DNA from: Candidatus Nanosyncoccus sp.
GTDB taxonomy: Bacteria > Patescibacteriota > Saccharimonadia > Saccharimonadales > Saccharimonadaceae
Assembly (NCBI GenBank): GCA_045632725.1
Contig: JAZQXF010000038.1
Span: forward strand, 10,179-74,178
Direction: 5' to 3'
Length of the DNA stretch: 64,000 nucleotides
Made by a program: the position numbers and the translations under genes. The notes under the pieces are model-generated. The model did no database searches and had not been told where the DNA came from. It saw only the letters and a program-made list of their open reading frames with translations. The stretch's first letter is position 1. Each line of letters opens with the position of its first letter. Below, piece by piece: positions 52,834 to 61,670 of this stretch.

Positions 52834-53409
52834 ATGTTCGAAAGATTGATGCGGAAGTTTGTCAAGTTCATTGACCCAAAACTAGAAAAATATCGTAGCA
52901 AAAAACCCACCGCACCAATTCAGAAATATACCCCCAAGACTCTTACCGATTTTATTGATGTCCTCCGCCGTACGCCAAAATCCATTCTTAGCGGTCGTGA
53001 CCGCAATCGTATCGCCGCTGTTATGAGCTTCGATGAGCGTAAAGTTGGTCAGCTCATGATTCCAAAAAGCAAAATGATTTTTGTGGGCGAAAAGGAAGTT
53101 CTTGGTCCACTCGTATTAGATAAGCTTTACAAATCTGGTTTTACTAATTTCCCGGTCGTAGATAACAAAGATAAAGTACTCGGTATCATCCATACTGAAG
53201 CCCTTAATGCCCTAGAAATCAAAAAAACCAATCGCGCCAATAAATACCTTGATCCTACCGTAAATTATCTACATACCACCGACACGCTACAATTCGCCGT
53301 AGAAGAAATCGAGCGCACCAATAGCTACTATTTTCTAGTTCTAAACGAATCCAACTCCCTGGCTGGCTTCTTTACCATCCAAATGCTCCTAGACTATCTC
53401 CTCAACTAA
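52834..53409 (+). CDS. CBS domain protein
   Basis: LMIPKSKMIFVGEKEVLGPLVLDKLYKSGFTNFPVVDNKDKVLGIIHTEAL plus a second CBS-like repeat. Confidence 0.6.
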   Translation: MFERLMRKFVKFIDPKLEKYRSKKPTAPIQKYTPKTLTDFIDVLRRTPKSILSGRDRNRIAAVMSFDERKVGQLMIPKSKMIFVGEKEVLGPLVLDKLYKSGFTNFPVVDNKDKVLGIIHTEALNALEIKKTNRANKYLDPTVNYLHTTDTLQFAVEEIERTNSYYFLVLNESNSLAGFFTIQMLLDYLLN

Positions 53410-53449
53410 AGCATTTATTTTCTCCTTAAAAAATGCTATAATATACCCC

Positions 53450-55246
53450 ATGAGAATTTTAGTAGATGCATTAAATGACTTTTTGGGTAAACAAGTAACC
53501 GTAGAAGGCTGGGTCAATTCCCGCCGCGATCATGGTGGCCTAATTTTTATTGACCTACGCGACCACACTGGAATTATTCAATTAGTCATTACTCCGGAAA
53601 CTAAAGAATCTTTCGAGCTCGCAGAAACCATTCGTGATGAATTTGTCCTCAAAGCTACTGGTACCATGCGCGAACGTGAGCCAGATTTAGTCAATCCAAA
53701 TATCCCCACCGGAAAGATCGAATTAGTCGTAGAAAATTTAGAGTTATTAAATAAATCCGAGCCGCTCCCAGTCAACACTCATGATGATGGCGAAAAATCA
53801 TCCGAAGAAATGCGCCTTAAGTATCGCTACTTGGACTTGCGCAGACCCAGCATGCAAAATATTCTTAAACGCCGCTCTGAATTCTATCGTTTCTTAAGAA
53901 ACTACATGTATGATCATGACTTTACCGAGATCACTACACCCATCCTTGCCAATTCTTCGCCAGAAGGCGCTCGCGATTTTCTAGTACCATCCAGATTACA
54001 TCCAGGCAAATTTTATGCCCTACCTCAAGCCCCACAACAGTTCAAACAACTTTTAATGGTTGGCGGGGTAGATAAATATTTTCAGGTCGCTCCATGCTTT
54101 CGCGACGAAGACCCTCGCGCTGATAGATTATATGGTGATTTTTACCAATTAGACTGTGAAATGGCCTTCGTGGAAGATGGCGAGACCGTACGTAGGGAGA
54201 TCGAACCCCTCTATATTTCCCTAGCCACCGAATTTTCCCACAAAAAACTTGTCATTAATTCCAAGCCAGCCAAAGCCTACATCCCGGAATATAGCCAAGT
54301 TCCTCGTTTGCCTTACGATTTTGCCATGGAGACTTACGGTGTAGATAAGCCAGACCTTCGTTACGGAATGGAGCTAATAGATCTTACCGATACCTTCAAA
54401 AATACTGATTTTAAAGTATTCAAAACCGAATGTGTAAAAGCTCTTTGCGTAAAAAACGGTGCTTCCCTCACTCGCCGGGAAATAGATGAATTTACCGATG
54501 AAGCTAGGAAGCTCGGCGCTGGCGGCTTAGCCTATATATTATACACAAATGGCGAAGCCAAATCCCCAATTGCCAAATTCTTAACTCCCGAAGAGCTTAG
54601 CAATATTCAAGAAAAAACTAGCGCAGTAGATGGTGATGCAGTATTCTTTGGTGCAGATGATAGGAAAAAAGTTAATAAAGTTCTCGGTCAGCTTCGCATT
54701 TCTTTCGCAGACCATTTTGGTCTTAAAAATCCAAATGAAATCGCTTACTGCTGGGTAATAGACTTTCCATTTTACGAATGGGATGAGAATAATCACAAAA
54801 TAGACTTCGGCCATAATCCATTCTCTATGCCAAAAGGCGGATTGAAAGCCTTGGAGTCCGCCAAGACTGATACCGAAAAGCTTGCCATAGTCGCCGATCA
54901 ATACGATATGGTCATGAATGGTTACGAAGTTTGCTCTGGTGCCGTTCGTAATTATAATCCAGAAATCATGTATAAGGTATTTAATATATTAGGATACAAC
55001 AATGCCTATGTTGAATCTCGCTTTGGCGGCATGTTAAATGCCTTCAAATTTGGTGCTCCACCTCACGCAGGTTGCGCTCCTGGCCTAGATCGTATCTTCA
55101 TGGTTCTAGAAAACGTAGAAAATATTCGTGATATCGTAGCCTTCCCTAAAAATGGCTCCGGAGTAGACTTAATGATGAATTCACCTTCACCGGTAGATCA
55201 AACCCAGCTAGATGAAGCTCATCTTGCCATTATTCCAGAAGAATAA
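53450..55246 (+). CDS. aspS: aspartate--tRNA ligase
   Basis: GWVNSRRDHGGLIFIDLRDHTGIIQLV, FRDEDPRADR, GGLDRI-type motif 3 (APGLDRI). Confidence 0.95.
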   Translation: MRILVDALNDFLGKQVTVEGWVNSRRDHGGLIFIDLRDHTGIIQLVITPETKESFELAETIRDEFVLKATGTMREREPDLVNPNIPTGKIELVVENLELLNKSEPLPVNTHDDGEKSSEEMRLKYRYLDLRRPSMQNILKRRSEFYRFLRNYMYDHDFTEITTPILANSSPEGARDFLVPSRLHPGKFYALPQAPQQFKQLLMVGGVDKYFQVAPCFRDEDPRADRLYGDFYQLDCEMAFVEDGETVRREIEPLYISLATEFSHKKLVINSKPAKAYIPEYSQVPRLPYDFAMETYGVDKPDLRYGMELIDLTDTFKNTDFKVFKTECVKALCVKNGASLTRREIDEFTDEARKLGAGGLAYILYTNGEAKSPIAKFLTPEELSNIQEKTSAVDGDAVFFGADDRKKVNKVLGQLRISFADHFGLKNPNEIAYCWVIDFPFYEWDENNHKIDFGHNPFSMPKGGLKALESAKTDTEKLAIVADQYDMVMNGYEVCSGAVRNYNPEIMYKVFNILGYNNAYVESRFGGMLNAFKFGAPPHAGCAPGLDRIFMVLENVENIRDIVAFPKNGSGVDLMMNSPSPVDQTQLDEAHLAIIPEE

Positions 55247-55260
55247 ACACAATTGCATAA

Positions 55261-56463
55261 TTATTTCTTCAAAAATTTCGGCTTTACAACAGAAAAATTA
55301 ATTGCATTCTTTTGAAATGTAATAATAGCAAATCTTATTGCCACCACTGAGGCTACCGCTACTACTATCAATCCAATACAATATTCCCATACCGATATTG
55401 TACCAAATCCACTTCTCAACATTAATGCCACTGGTGCCGTAAATGGAAAGTAAGTCATAATTTGCACCACTAAGCTCGGCTCGGCCATCATAAACATTTG
55501 CATAAAGTAAAGTGGCATCACCATTGCAATAATTGCTGGCCCAATAAACTGCGATGCATCCCGCGCCGTAGACACTAGCGACCCTACAAACGTACAAACC
55601 CCAGCATAAAATATCGCAGACACCGCAAACAATAATACACTCAAAACAATCATCAACGGATCAACCTCAATCATTGATAAAATCTGCCCAACCAGTGCAT
55701 TATCGCGATTGCAAAATACCAAGATCAACACAGGTACCGCTATTGCCACAATCTGTATCATGCCCAACGCCAACATTGCTATTATTTTACCCACAATCAA
55801 ATGTTTAGATGATACCGATGTCAAAATCATCTCACTAATACGATTTTCTTTTTCCTCTACTACTGTCATCAGAAATCTATTTCCACATAATGCTATAAAC
55901 ATAAAGAATAATATGCCAATGAAAAATGGGATTACTGCCTTGCCCAAAGCATTCGCATTCTCACCTTCAATGGTTAATTTATTATCCACAATCTCATACT
56001 GCCCAGTCAAAGCCAATACATCCATATCATCCACTCTACTTGCCGCATCATTCAAAAGTAACCCCTTCAGTATATTTCCATCATTATTAAATACTTCCAA
56101 CCCTTCCGAAATATGGTAAAATTCCGCCTTCTTACTCTCTACAAAATCTTCCGGAATATAAAAATATAAATCCACCTCACCATTTTTTACCATTTCTATA
56201 CCAACTTCCTTGTCATCATCTATTATAAATGGTGCCTGTTCAGAAAACATCCCAGCCTCATCCGTAATCGCCACATTAGTATTTTCATCCAATGTAGGAT
56301 TAGTTTCTACCCCCTGCGATGAAATAAAACTAACAAAGTATATTCCGCCTATCATTAAAGGAATTAGAAGTGTCGCTGCCCAAAACGCCGGCTTTTTCAC
56401 TTGCCTCAAGAATTCAAACTTCAAAACTTTAAATATTGCCCCACTACTCATCTTTATCTCCAT
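55261..56463 (-). CDS. ABC-2 type transporter permease (NatB-like)
   Basis: 400 aa with one N-terminal TM, a large loop and a C-terminal 5-TM bundle. Overlaps the ATPase gene by 20 nt. Confidence 0.65.
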   Translation of the reverse strand: MEIKMSSGAIFKVLKFEFLRQVKKPAFWAATLLIPLMIGGIYFVSFISSQGVETNPTLDENTNVAITDEAGMFSEQAPFIIDDDKEVGIEMVKNGEVDLYFYIPEDFVESKKAEFYHISEGLEVFNNDGNILKGLLLNDAASRVDDMDVLALTGQYEIVDNKLTIEGENANALGKAVIPFFIGILFFMFIALCGNRFLMTVVEEKENRISEMILTSVSSKHLIVGKIIAMLALGMIQIVAIAVPVLILVFCNRDNALVGQILSMIEVDPLMIVLSVLLFAVSAIFYAGVCTFVGSLVSTARDASQFIGPAIIAMVMPLYFMQMFMMAEPSLVVQIMTYFPFTAPVALMLRSGFGTISVWEYCIGLIVVAVASVVAIRFAIITFQKNAINFSVVKPKFLKK

Positions 56464-57166
56464 AGACCTTCACGAAAATATCATCCAAACTCTTGTCACC
56501 AAACTCCCCACGAATCTCTTTAATTGTTCCATATGCTCGTGCTCTTCCATCCTTTAGTAGTAATGCTCTATCACATAATCTTTCTACCTCATCCATGTAA
56601 TGCGTAATCATTATGATCGCCGCACCTTTTTTATGATGTTCTTCAATTATTTCCATCAAAAGTTTACGATTCATCGGATCGAACCCTTTAGTAGGCTCAT
56701 CTAGAATTAAAAGCTTTGGATTATTCATAATGGTAATACCTAATTGAATCTTCTGCTGTTGCCCACCGGACAATCTCTCCACTCGTTCTTTTACCTTATC
56801 TTCCAGCCCCACCCTTTTCAGGTATTTCACTGACCAACCATATGGATCTTCTACGCCTTTCAACTCGCCAAAATACACCATCGTATCTATCACGTTTTCC
56901 TTACGATATAGCCCCCGTTCCTCCGGCAAATAGCCTATTACCACTCTCGCATCTTCTGGATCATATTTTTTGCCATCCACCAAAAGCTCGCCGCTAGTAG
57001 GCGTATACAAACCTAAAAGCGCACGAATCGTAGTAGTCTTTCCAGAACCATTTGCACCAAGTAATCCAAATATCTCCCCTCTTTTTACATCAAAATTCAA
57101 ATCATCGATAACTACTTTGTTACCAAACATCATCTTAAAGTTTCTAACTTCAACTACATTCTTCAT
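56444..57166 (-). CDS. ABC transporter ATP-binding protein
   Basis: GLLGANGSGKTT (Walker A), LSGGQQQK (signature), LLILDEPT (Walker B). Confidence 0.85.
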   Translation of the reverse strand: MKNVVEVRNFKMMFGNKVVIDDLNFDVKRGEIFGLLGANGSGKTTTIRALLGLYTPTSGELLVDGKKYDPEDARVVIGYLPEERGLYRKENVIDTMVYFGELKGVEDPYGWSVKYLKRVGLEDKVKERVERLSGGQQQKIQLGITIMNNPKLLILDEPTKGFDPMNRKLLMEIIEEHHKKGAAIIMITHYMDEVERLCDRALLLKDGRARAYGTIKEIRGEFGDKSLDDIFVKVYGDKDE

Positions 57167-57188
57167 GCTATCATTTTGACACAAATAA

Positions 57189-57263
57189 TGGTAGAGCCAG
57201 TAGGAATCGAACCTACATCGCAGACTTAGAGGGTCTGGGTCCTATCCATTGAACGATGGCTCC
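57189..57263 (-). tRNA. tRNA-Arg (TCT), unusual C at position 33
   Basis: Hand-folded: acceptor GGAGCCA/TGGCTCT (G1-U72), anticodon arm CAGAC-CCTCTAA-GTCTG, T arm GTAGG-TTCGATT-CCTAC, CCA encoded. Confidence 0.7.
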
Positions 57264-57284
57264 ACCGCTACTTTATATTATACT

Positions 57285-58043
57285 CTATTCTTCTGGTTTT
57301 CTCAACTTGTAATAAATAGATGGCGCGAATCTTATACCAGCCAACAATTGCTGCGCCGAATCTTCCATCTTTACTAGATTCTTTGTTCCAAAAATCTTTT
57401 TAAGCCCCTTGCTTCGGAAATTGGATACGGATAATACCTTTTCCCGTTTAAACCCAACTTTCTCAAAAATCTCTTCCACATACTTTGGATGATAATTGTA
57501 GAATCCATTTTTTGAAATCTCTTGATAATTAGCCACTTTTTTATCAAATGGATTCACCCTACTTCGCCCAGTTACATAACGCGCCATTTTTGGTAAAGTC
57601 CTCTTATTTGCTACTTCTATCACTGCTACTCCACCCGGCTTTAACACCCGATAAAGCTCAGAAATGGCCTTTTCCATATCCTTCAGATGATGCGTTACTC
57701 TCACCATCATTAGTCCATCCAATTCATCATCCTTAAAAGGTAGCTCGTAGATATCGCCAACCTTAGTCTCCACCTTATCCCCATAGATCTCTTTTGCTTG
57801 TGCCAACTCGGTCTTAGAGTAATCAAAAATATAAACTTTACGCGCTCGTTTCAAATACTCATTTGCCAACCTACCATAGCCACCACCAATGTCGGCAAAT
57901 TTTTCCATTCGCCTTGGTAACAATTTCCGTATCGCCATTCGATCCGCCTGATCCTCATATTCGCGATCCGCATCCTCCCAAAAGATCTTTTTATAGTCAT
58001 AACCATTATAGTCAGAAATAACTTTTTCGCTCATATCTACCAT
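57285..58043 (-). CDS. class I SAM-dependent methyltransferase
   Basis: FADIGGGYGRLA (motif I), LKPGGVAVIEV. Confidence 0.75.
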   Translation of the reverse strand: MVDMSEKVISDYNGYDYKKIFWEDADREYEDQADRMAIRKLLPRRMEKFADIGGGYGRLANEYLKRARKVYIFDYSKTELAQAKEIYGDKVETKVGDIYELPFKDDELDGLMMVRVTHHLKDMEKAISELYRVLKPGGVAVIEVANKRTLPKMARYVTGRSRVNPFDKKVANYQEISKNGFYNYHPKYVEEIFEKVGFKREKVLSVSNFRSKGLKKIFGTKNLVKMEDSAQQLLAGIRFAPSIYYKLRKPEE

Positions 58044-59665
58044 TATATCACACGAGATATTTCTTCTAAAGTTGTCTCACCCCGCAACACTGCTAATACC
58101 CCTTTTTGTTCTAGAGTCAACATCCCATTTCTTCGTGCAGTCTCTTCTATTACTTTAGTATTTATCTCCGCAATATCTCCACGGATAAACGCCTGAATAT
58201 CATCACTTACTACCAACTGCTCCATTATTACCGTCCTGCCTTTATAACCAAACGGATCTTCATCCGTTACTACCGGGTCATAAAGCAATGGATTCTCCAT
58301 ATCAAAATCCGACAATATATCAGCATCAACACCACCAAGTACGCTACGTATATATTCTAGCTCTGCTTCCGTAGCTGGCCTGGCCTTTTTCACATCAGAA
58401 AGTTTGCGCACTAACCTCTGAGCCACAATCAACCGAATTGAACTCGCAAATATCGGATTCACCCCAATTAAATCTATCATTCTAGAAAATGCCGCCGCCG
58501 TAGAATTCGCATGAAAAGATGACAACACTAAATGCCCAGTGATAGATGCCTGGATTGCAGTCTTAGCCGTATCTGCATCACGAATTTCACCCACCATCAC
58601 TACATCTGGGTCCAACCTTAATACGCTTCTAAGTCCATCAGCAAACGATTCCCCTGCGCTTGTATTAATTGGAATTTGAGAAATCCCTGCAATACCATAT
58701 TCTATCGGATCCTCCAGAGTAATAATCTTTCTGTCAGAAGTATTTAAGGCATTCAACATAGAATAAAGAGTAGTAGACTTACCAGACCCAGTCGGCCCCA
58801 CCATTAACACTAGCCCCCTAGGATGCGATATTACTTCATTTATCTCTGCTCTTTCATTTTGCGACAAACCAAGTAAGTCCAAATTCAGTAAGCTTTCATC
58901 AAAGTTAAAGAGCCTCAATACCGCATCTTGCCCATACATTGTCGGAATAGTCTCCACACGTATATTTAATAGATGCATCGCATTGTCACGATGAATCTCC
59001 TGCTGCATATGACCAGATTGAGGCTTGTTGGAAGCCGTAGATACATTCGCCCTAGAACTTAGCTCCCCCATAAATATCCGATATTTATCCTTATCGATAT
59101 TTGCCACCGGATGTAATAGCCCATCCACCCGCATCCTAATCCGAATTCCATCCTTCATATTCTCAATATGGATGTCCGAAGCCCCCAGTTTATCAGCCTG
59201 ATCCAGTAAAAAATCAAAAACCTTGTCTGCCGGCACTGTATTTAGTGTCTTCGAAACTGATGCAATTGTCTCCGAATCTCCCTCTCCAGCAATTTTTATA
59301 TCATCATACTGTATCACCTTTGGCGGATCATATCTCAGCATAAATACTTTATATGCCGAATTTGAAATCAAGAAAAAATCTACTCGCTCACCCTCATCGC
59401 CGTATTCGCGCCTCATCCTTTCTATCAAAGTCCGCGGGGTCTGACTAGTCACCATGAATTGATAATTTTCCTCACCGCCTCCACGTTGCAATGGAATAAT
59501 AAAATCCTGATGCATCTCCTGCACATCTAACAAATCCGGTACCAAAGGAATTTCATTTTCAAACTCACGAGTGTCCAAATAGGGCAGTCCCAATATTCTA
59601 GCCCTATCAGCAGTAGCCATCTCCTCGCTATTACGACGTTTTTGCTGAACTTCCTTCTCATCCAT
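58043..59665 (-). CDS. pilB: type IV pilus assembly ATPase PilB (GspE family)
   Basis: LVLMVGPTGSGKSTTLYSML, DPDVVMVGEIRD, LVLSSFHAN. Start 6 nt after TGTGTTATAAT. Confidence 0.85.
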   Translation of the reverse strand: MDEKEVQQKRRNSEEMATADRARILGLPYLDTREFENEIPLVPDLLDVQEMHQDFIIPLQRGGGEENYQFMVTSQTPRTLIERMRREYGDEGERVDFFLISNSAYKVFMLRYDPPKVIQYDDIKIAGEGDSETIASVSKTLNTVPADKVFDFLLDQADKLGASDIHIENMKDGIRIRMRVDGLLHPVANIDKDKYRIFMGELSSRANVSTASNKPQSGHMQQEIHRDNAMHLLNIRVETIPTMYGQDAVLRLFNFDESLLNLDLLGLSQNERAEINEVISHPRGLVLMVGPTGSGKSTTLYSMLNALNTSDRKIITLEDPIEYGIAGISQIPINTSAGESFADGLRSVLRLDPDVVMVGEIRDADTAKTAIQASITGHLVLSSFHANSTAAAFSRMIDLIGVNPIFASSIRLIVAQRLVRKLSDVKKARPATEAELEYIRSVLGGVDADILSDFDMENPLLYDPVVTDEDPFGYKGRTVIMEQLVVSDDIQAFIRGDIAEINTKVIEETARRNGMLTLEQKGVLAVLRGETTLEEISRVI

Positions 59666-59730
59666 GCTTAAATTATAACACAAGCTTCATACGCCGTATC
59701 AACAAAAAAAGAAGCCCCTCTGAGGCTTCC

Positions 59731-59835
59731 CTAGCGACCATTTTTCAAACGTGGATGTTTGCGCTTATCACTATGTTTATGATTATTGTTCCGATTCTGC
59801 TTTGCTACCGGATGCATCTTAAATTTTCTTGCCAT
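59731..59835 (-). CDS. candidate 34-aa highly basic small protein
   Basis: Hand-found: TGTGTTATAAT-N6-ATG, MARKFKMHPVAKQNRNNNHKHSDKRKHPRLKNGR*, followed directly by hairpin GAAGCC...GGCTTC + T-run (59703-59729). Confidence 0.4.
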   Translation of the reverse strand: MARKFKMHPVAKQNRNNNHKHSDKRKHPRLKNGR

Positions 59836-59974
59836 ACCTACATTATAACACATTTCCACTTAATTGCGAATCAAATTATTTGGTAAGTGTGTTATAATTA
59901 CCTCAGTGGGCTTATATAGCCCATGTATTTTTTCATCATTATCGTTTTCAAATTCCAACAGGAGGTGTCAAAAG

Positions 59975-60607
59975 ATGAAAATCATCAGTCCAAGTTTCCA
60001 GTTAGAAGATTTCGATGGCACAAAACTATTAAAAAACATCGAAGCCGCCGGCCGAACCTGCTACAAATCCGAGACAAACATTACCGATAAATCAGCCTAC
60101 AAGTTTGTCAAACGTTTAGTCGAAAACGGCCACGAATCCGTTATCGAACACGAGAAAGTATCCGCCCGCATCATCTGTGATCGTGGAGTCTCGCACGAAA
60201 TCGTGCGCCACCGCATCGCCAGCTACAGTCAGGAATCCACCAGGTATTGCAATTACAGTAACGATGGAGAACTAAGCTTCATCAGGCCATTCTTTTGGTC
60301 AGATGCACCAAAAAAGTTCGCAGTCTGGCAAGCATCAATGCAGAATGCAGAAGATTCTTACCTCAAGCTTATCAGTATGGGCGCAACACCACAAGAAGCT
60401 CGCAGTGTCCTACCAAACAGTCTAAAGACAGAAATAGTAGTCACAATGAATCTCCGAGAATGGCGCCACTTCTTCCGTATGCGCGCTGACAAGGCCGCTC
60501 ATCCGCAAATGCGCGAAATCGCCATACCAATGCTCCTAGAGTTCCGCAAGCGTATTCCAGCTGTCTACGATGATATTTGGCCAGAAATCACCACTTGGCC
60601 CACCTAA
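59975..60607 (+). CDS. thyX: FAD-dependent thymidylate synthase ThyX
   Basis: ThyX motif RHRIASYSQESTRY. Start set at the Met after SD acaggagg. The ORF-track start 59864 reads through the promoter/leader. Confidence 0.9.
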   Translation: MKIISPSFQLEDFDGTKLLKNIEAAGRTCYKSETNITDKSAYKFVKRLVENGHESVIEHEKVSARIICDRGVSHEIVRHRIASYSQESTRYCNYSNDGELSFIRPFFWSDAPKKFAVWQASMQNAEDSYLKLISMGATPQEARSVLPNSLKTEIVVTMNLREWRHFFRMRADKAAHPQMREIAIPMLLEFRKRIPAVYDDIWPEITTWPT

Positions 60608-60653
60608 GAAAACGACTATAGCCCTCAACGTAAAGTTGGGGGCTATTTAAGTA

Positions 60654-60711
60654 CAACAAAAAAAACACCCGCTAGAGGTGATGTGCTATTCTGGCGGAAA
60701 GGACAGGATTC
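60654..60711 (-). repeat. partial duplicate of the tRNA-Ser 3' end (21 nt) plus its downstream terminator region
   Basis: caacaaaaaaa-cacccgctagaggtgatgtgctattc-TGGCGGAAAGGACAGGATTCG is repeated at 60732-60790, where it continues into the intact tRNA. Confidence 0.85.
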
Positions 60712-60769
60712 GCATCGTTAGATTCGAATCCCCAACAAAAAAAACACCCGCTAGAGGTGATGTGCTATT

Positions 60770-60855
60770 CTGGCGGAAAGGACAGGATTCGAACCTGCGG
60801 ATGTTTCCATCTCTGGTTTTCAAGACCAGTGCCTTCAACCACTCGGCCACCTTTC
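60770..60855 (-). tRNA. tRNA-Ser (TGA)
   Basis: Acceptor GGAAAGG/CCTTTCC, anticodon loop CTTGAAA, long variable arm GATGGAAACATCC, CCA encoded. Confidence 0.9.
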
Positions 60856-60951
60856 CACCAATTATTATAACATACTAGAACACTCAAAATCAATCCCCCA
60901 CCTTTAATATATCACACTTATGCTAAAAAGTCAACTATTAAACCATCAAAT

Positions 60952-61653
60952 CTATTCGGCGTTTGTATAGACATTGGTTACATCATCCAAATCATCTATC
61001 GCGCCAAGTAGTTTTTCCAATTTCTCCGCATTTTCACCCTCCACTGGTACATAATTGTTTGGCACATATTGTAGTTCTGCCGAAGTCACCGTGAGACCAT
61101 TATCTACTAAAGCCTTTCGCACTTTCATCAAATCTGAAGATGCTGTATAGATTACGATTCCTTCATCTTCTTCCGAAGCATCTTCCACACCAGCTTCCAA
61201 AGCCACCATTAAAGCATCCTCACCTTTTTCAGAAATTTCAATCACGCCTTTCCTAGTGAACTGGAACATCACGCTACCAGGATCTGCCATTCGCCCACCT
61301 GTCTTATCCAAAGTATGACGCACCTCTGGCATAGTACGATTTTTATTATCTGTCGCCACCTCTATTACTATACCTACCCCGCCAGGACCATAAGCCTCAT
61401 AGACTTCCTCTATAAGCGCCGCCGCCGACTTATCCGCCGCTCTAGCAATTGCCCGCTCGATATTTGCCTTTGGCATATTCGCATGCCTAGCTTTTTCAAG
61501 CACCATTGCAAGCGATGGATTCATTGTTGGATCCGTACCGCCACGCGCCGCAATCGCAATTTGATTTCCAATTTTCGTAAAAAGTGCTCCTCGTTTGGCA
61601 TCTACTACCGCTTTTTGTCGCTTAGTCGTTGCCCATTTACTATGTCCAGACAT
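60952..61653 (-). CDS. yebC: YebC/PmpR family DNA-binding regulator
   Basis: MSGHSKWATTKRQKAVVDAKRGALFTK. Confidence 0.9.
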   Translation of the reverse strand: MSGHSKWATTKRQKAVVDAKRGALFTKIGNQIAIAARGGTDPTMNPSLAMVLEKARHANMPKANIERAIARAADKSAAALIEEVYEAYGPGGVGIVIEVATDNKNRTMPEVRHTLDKTGGRMADPGSVMFQFTRKGVIEISEKGEDALMVALEAGVEDASEEDEGIVIYTASSDLMKVRKALVDNGLTVTSAELQYVPNNYVPVEGENAEKLEKLLGAIDDLDDVTNVYTNAE

Positions 61654-61670
61654 ATTTTCTCCAACTTATT

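Noticed and set aside
60678-60878. 66-aa plus ORF
   Set aside because: It is antisense to tRNA-Ser and its duplicated 3' end.
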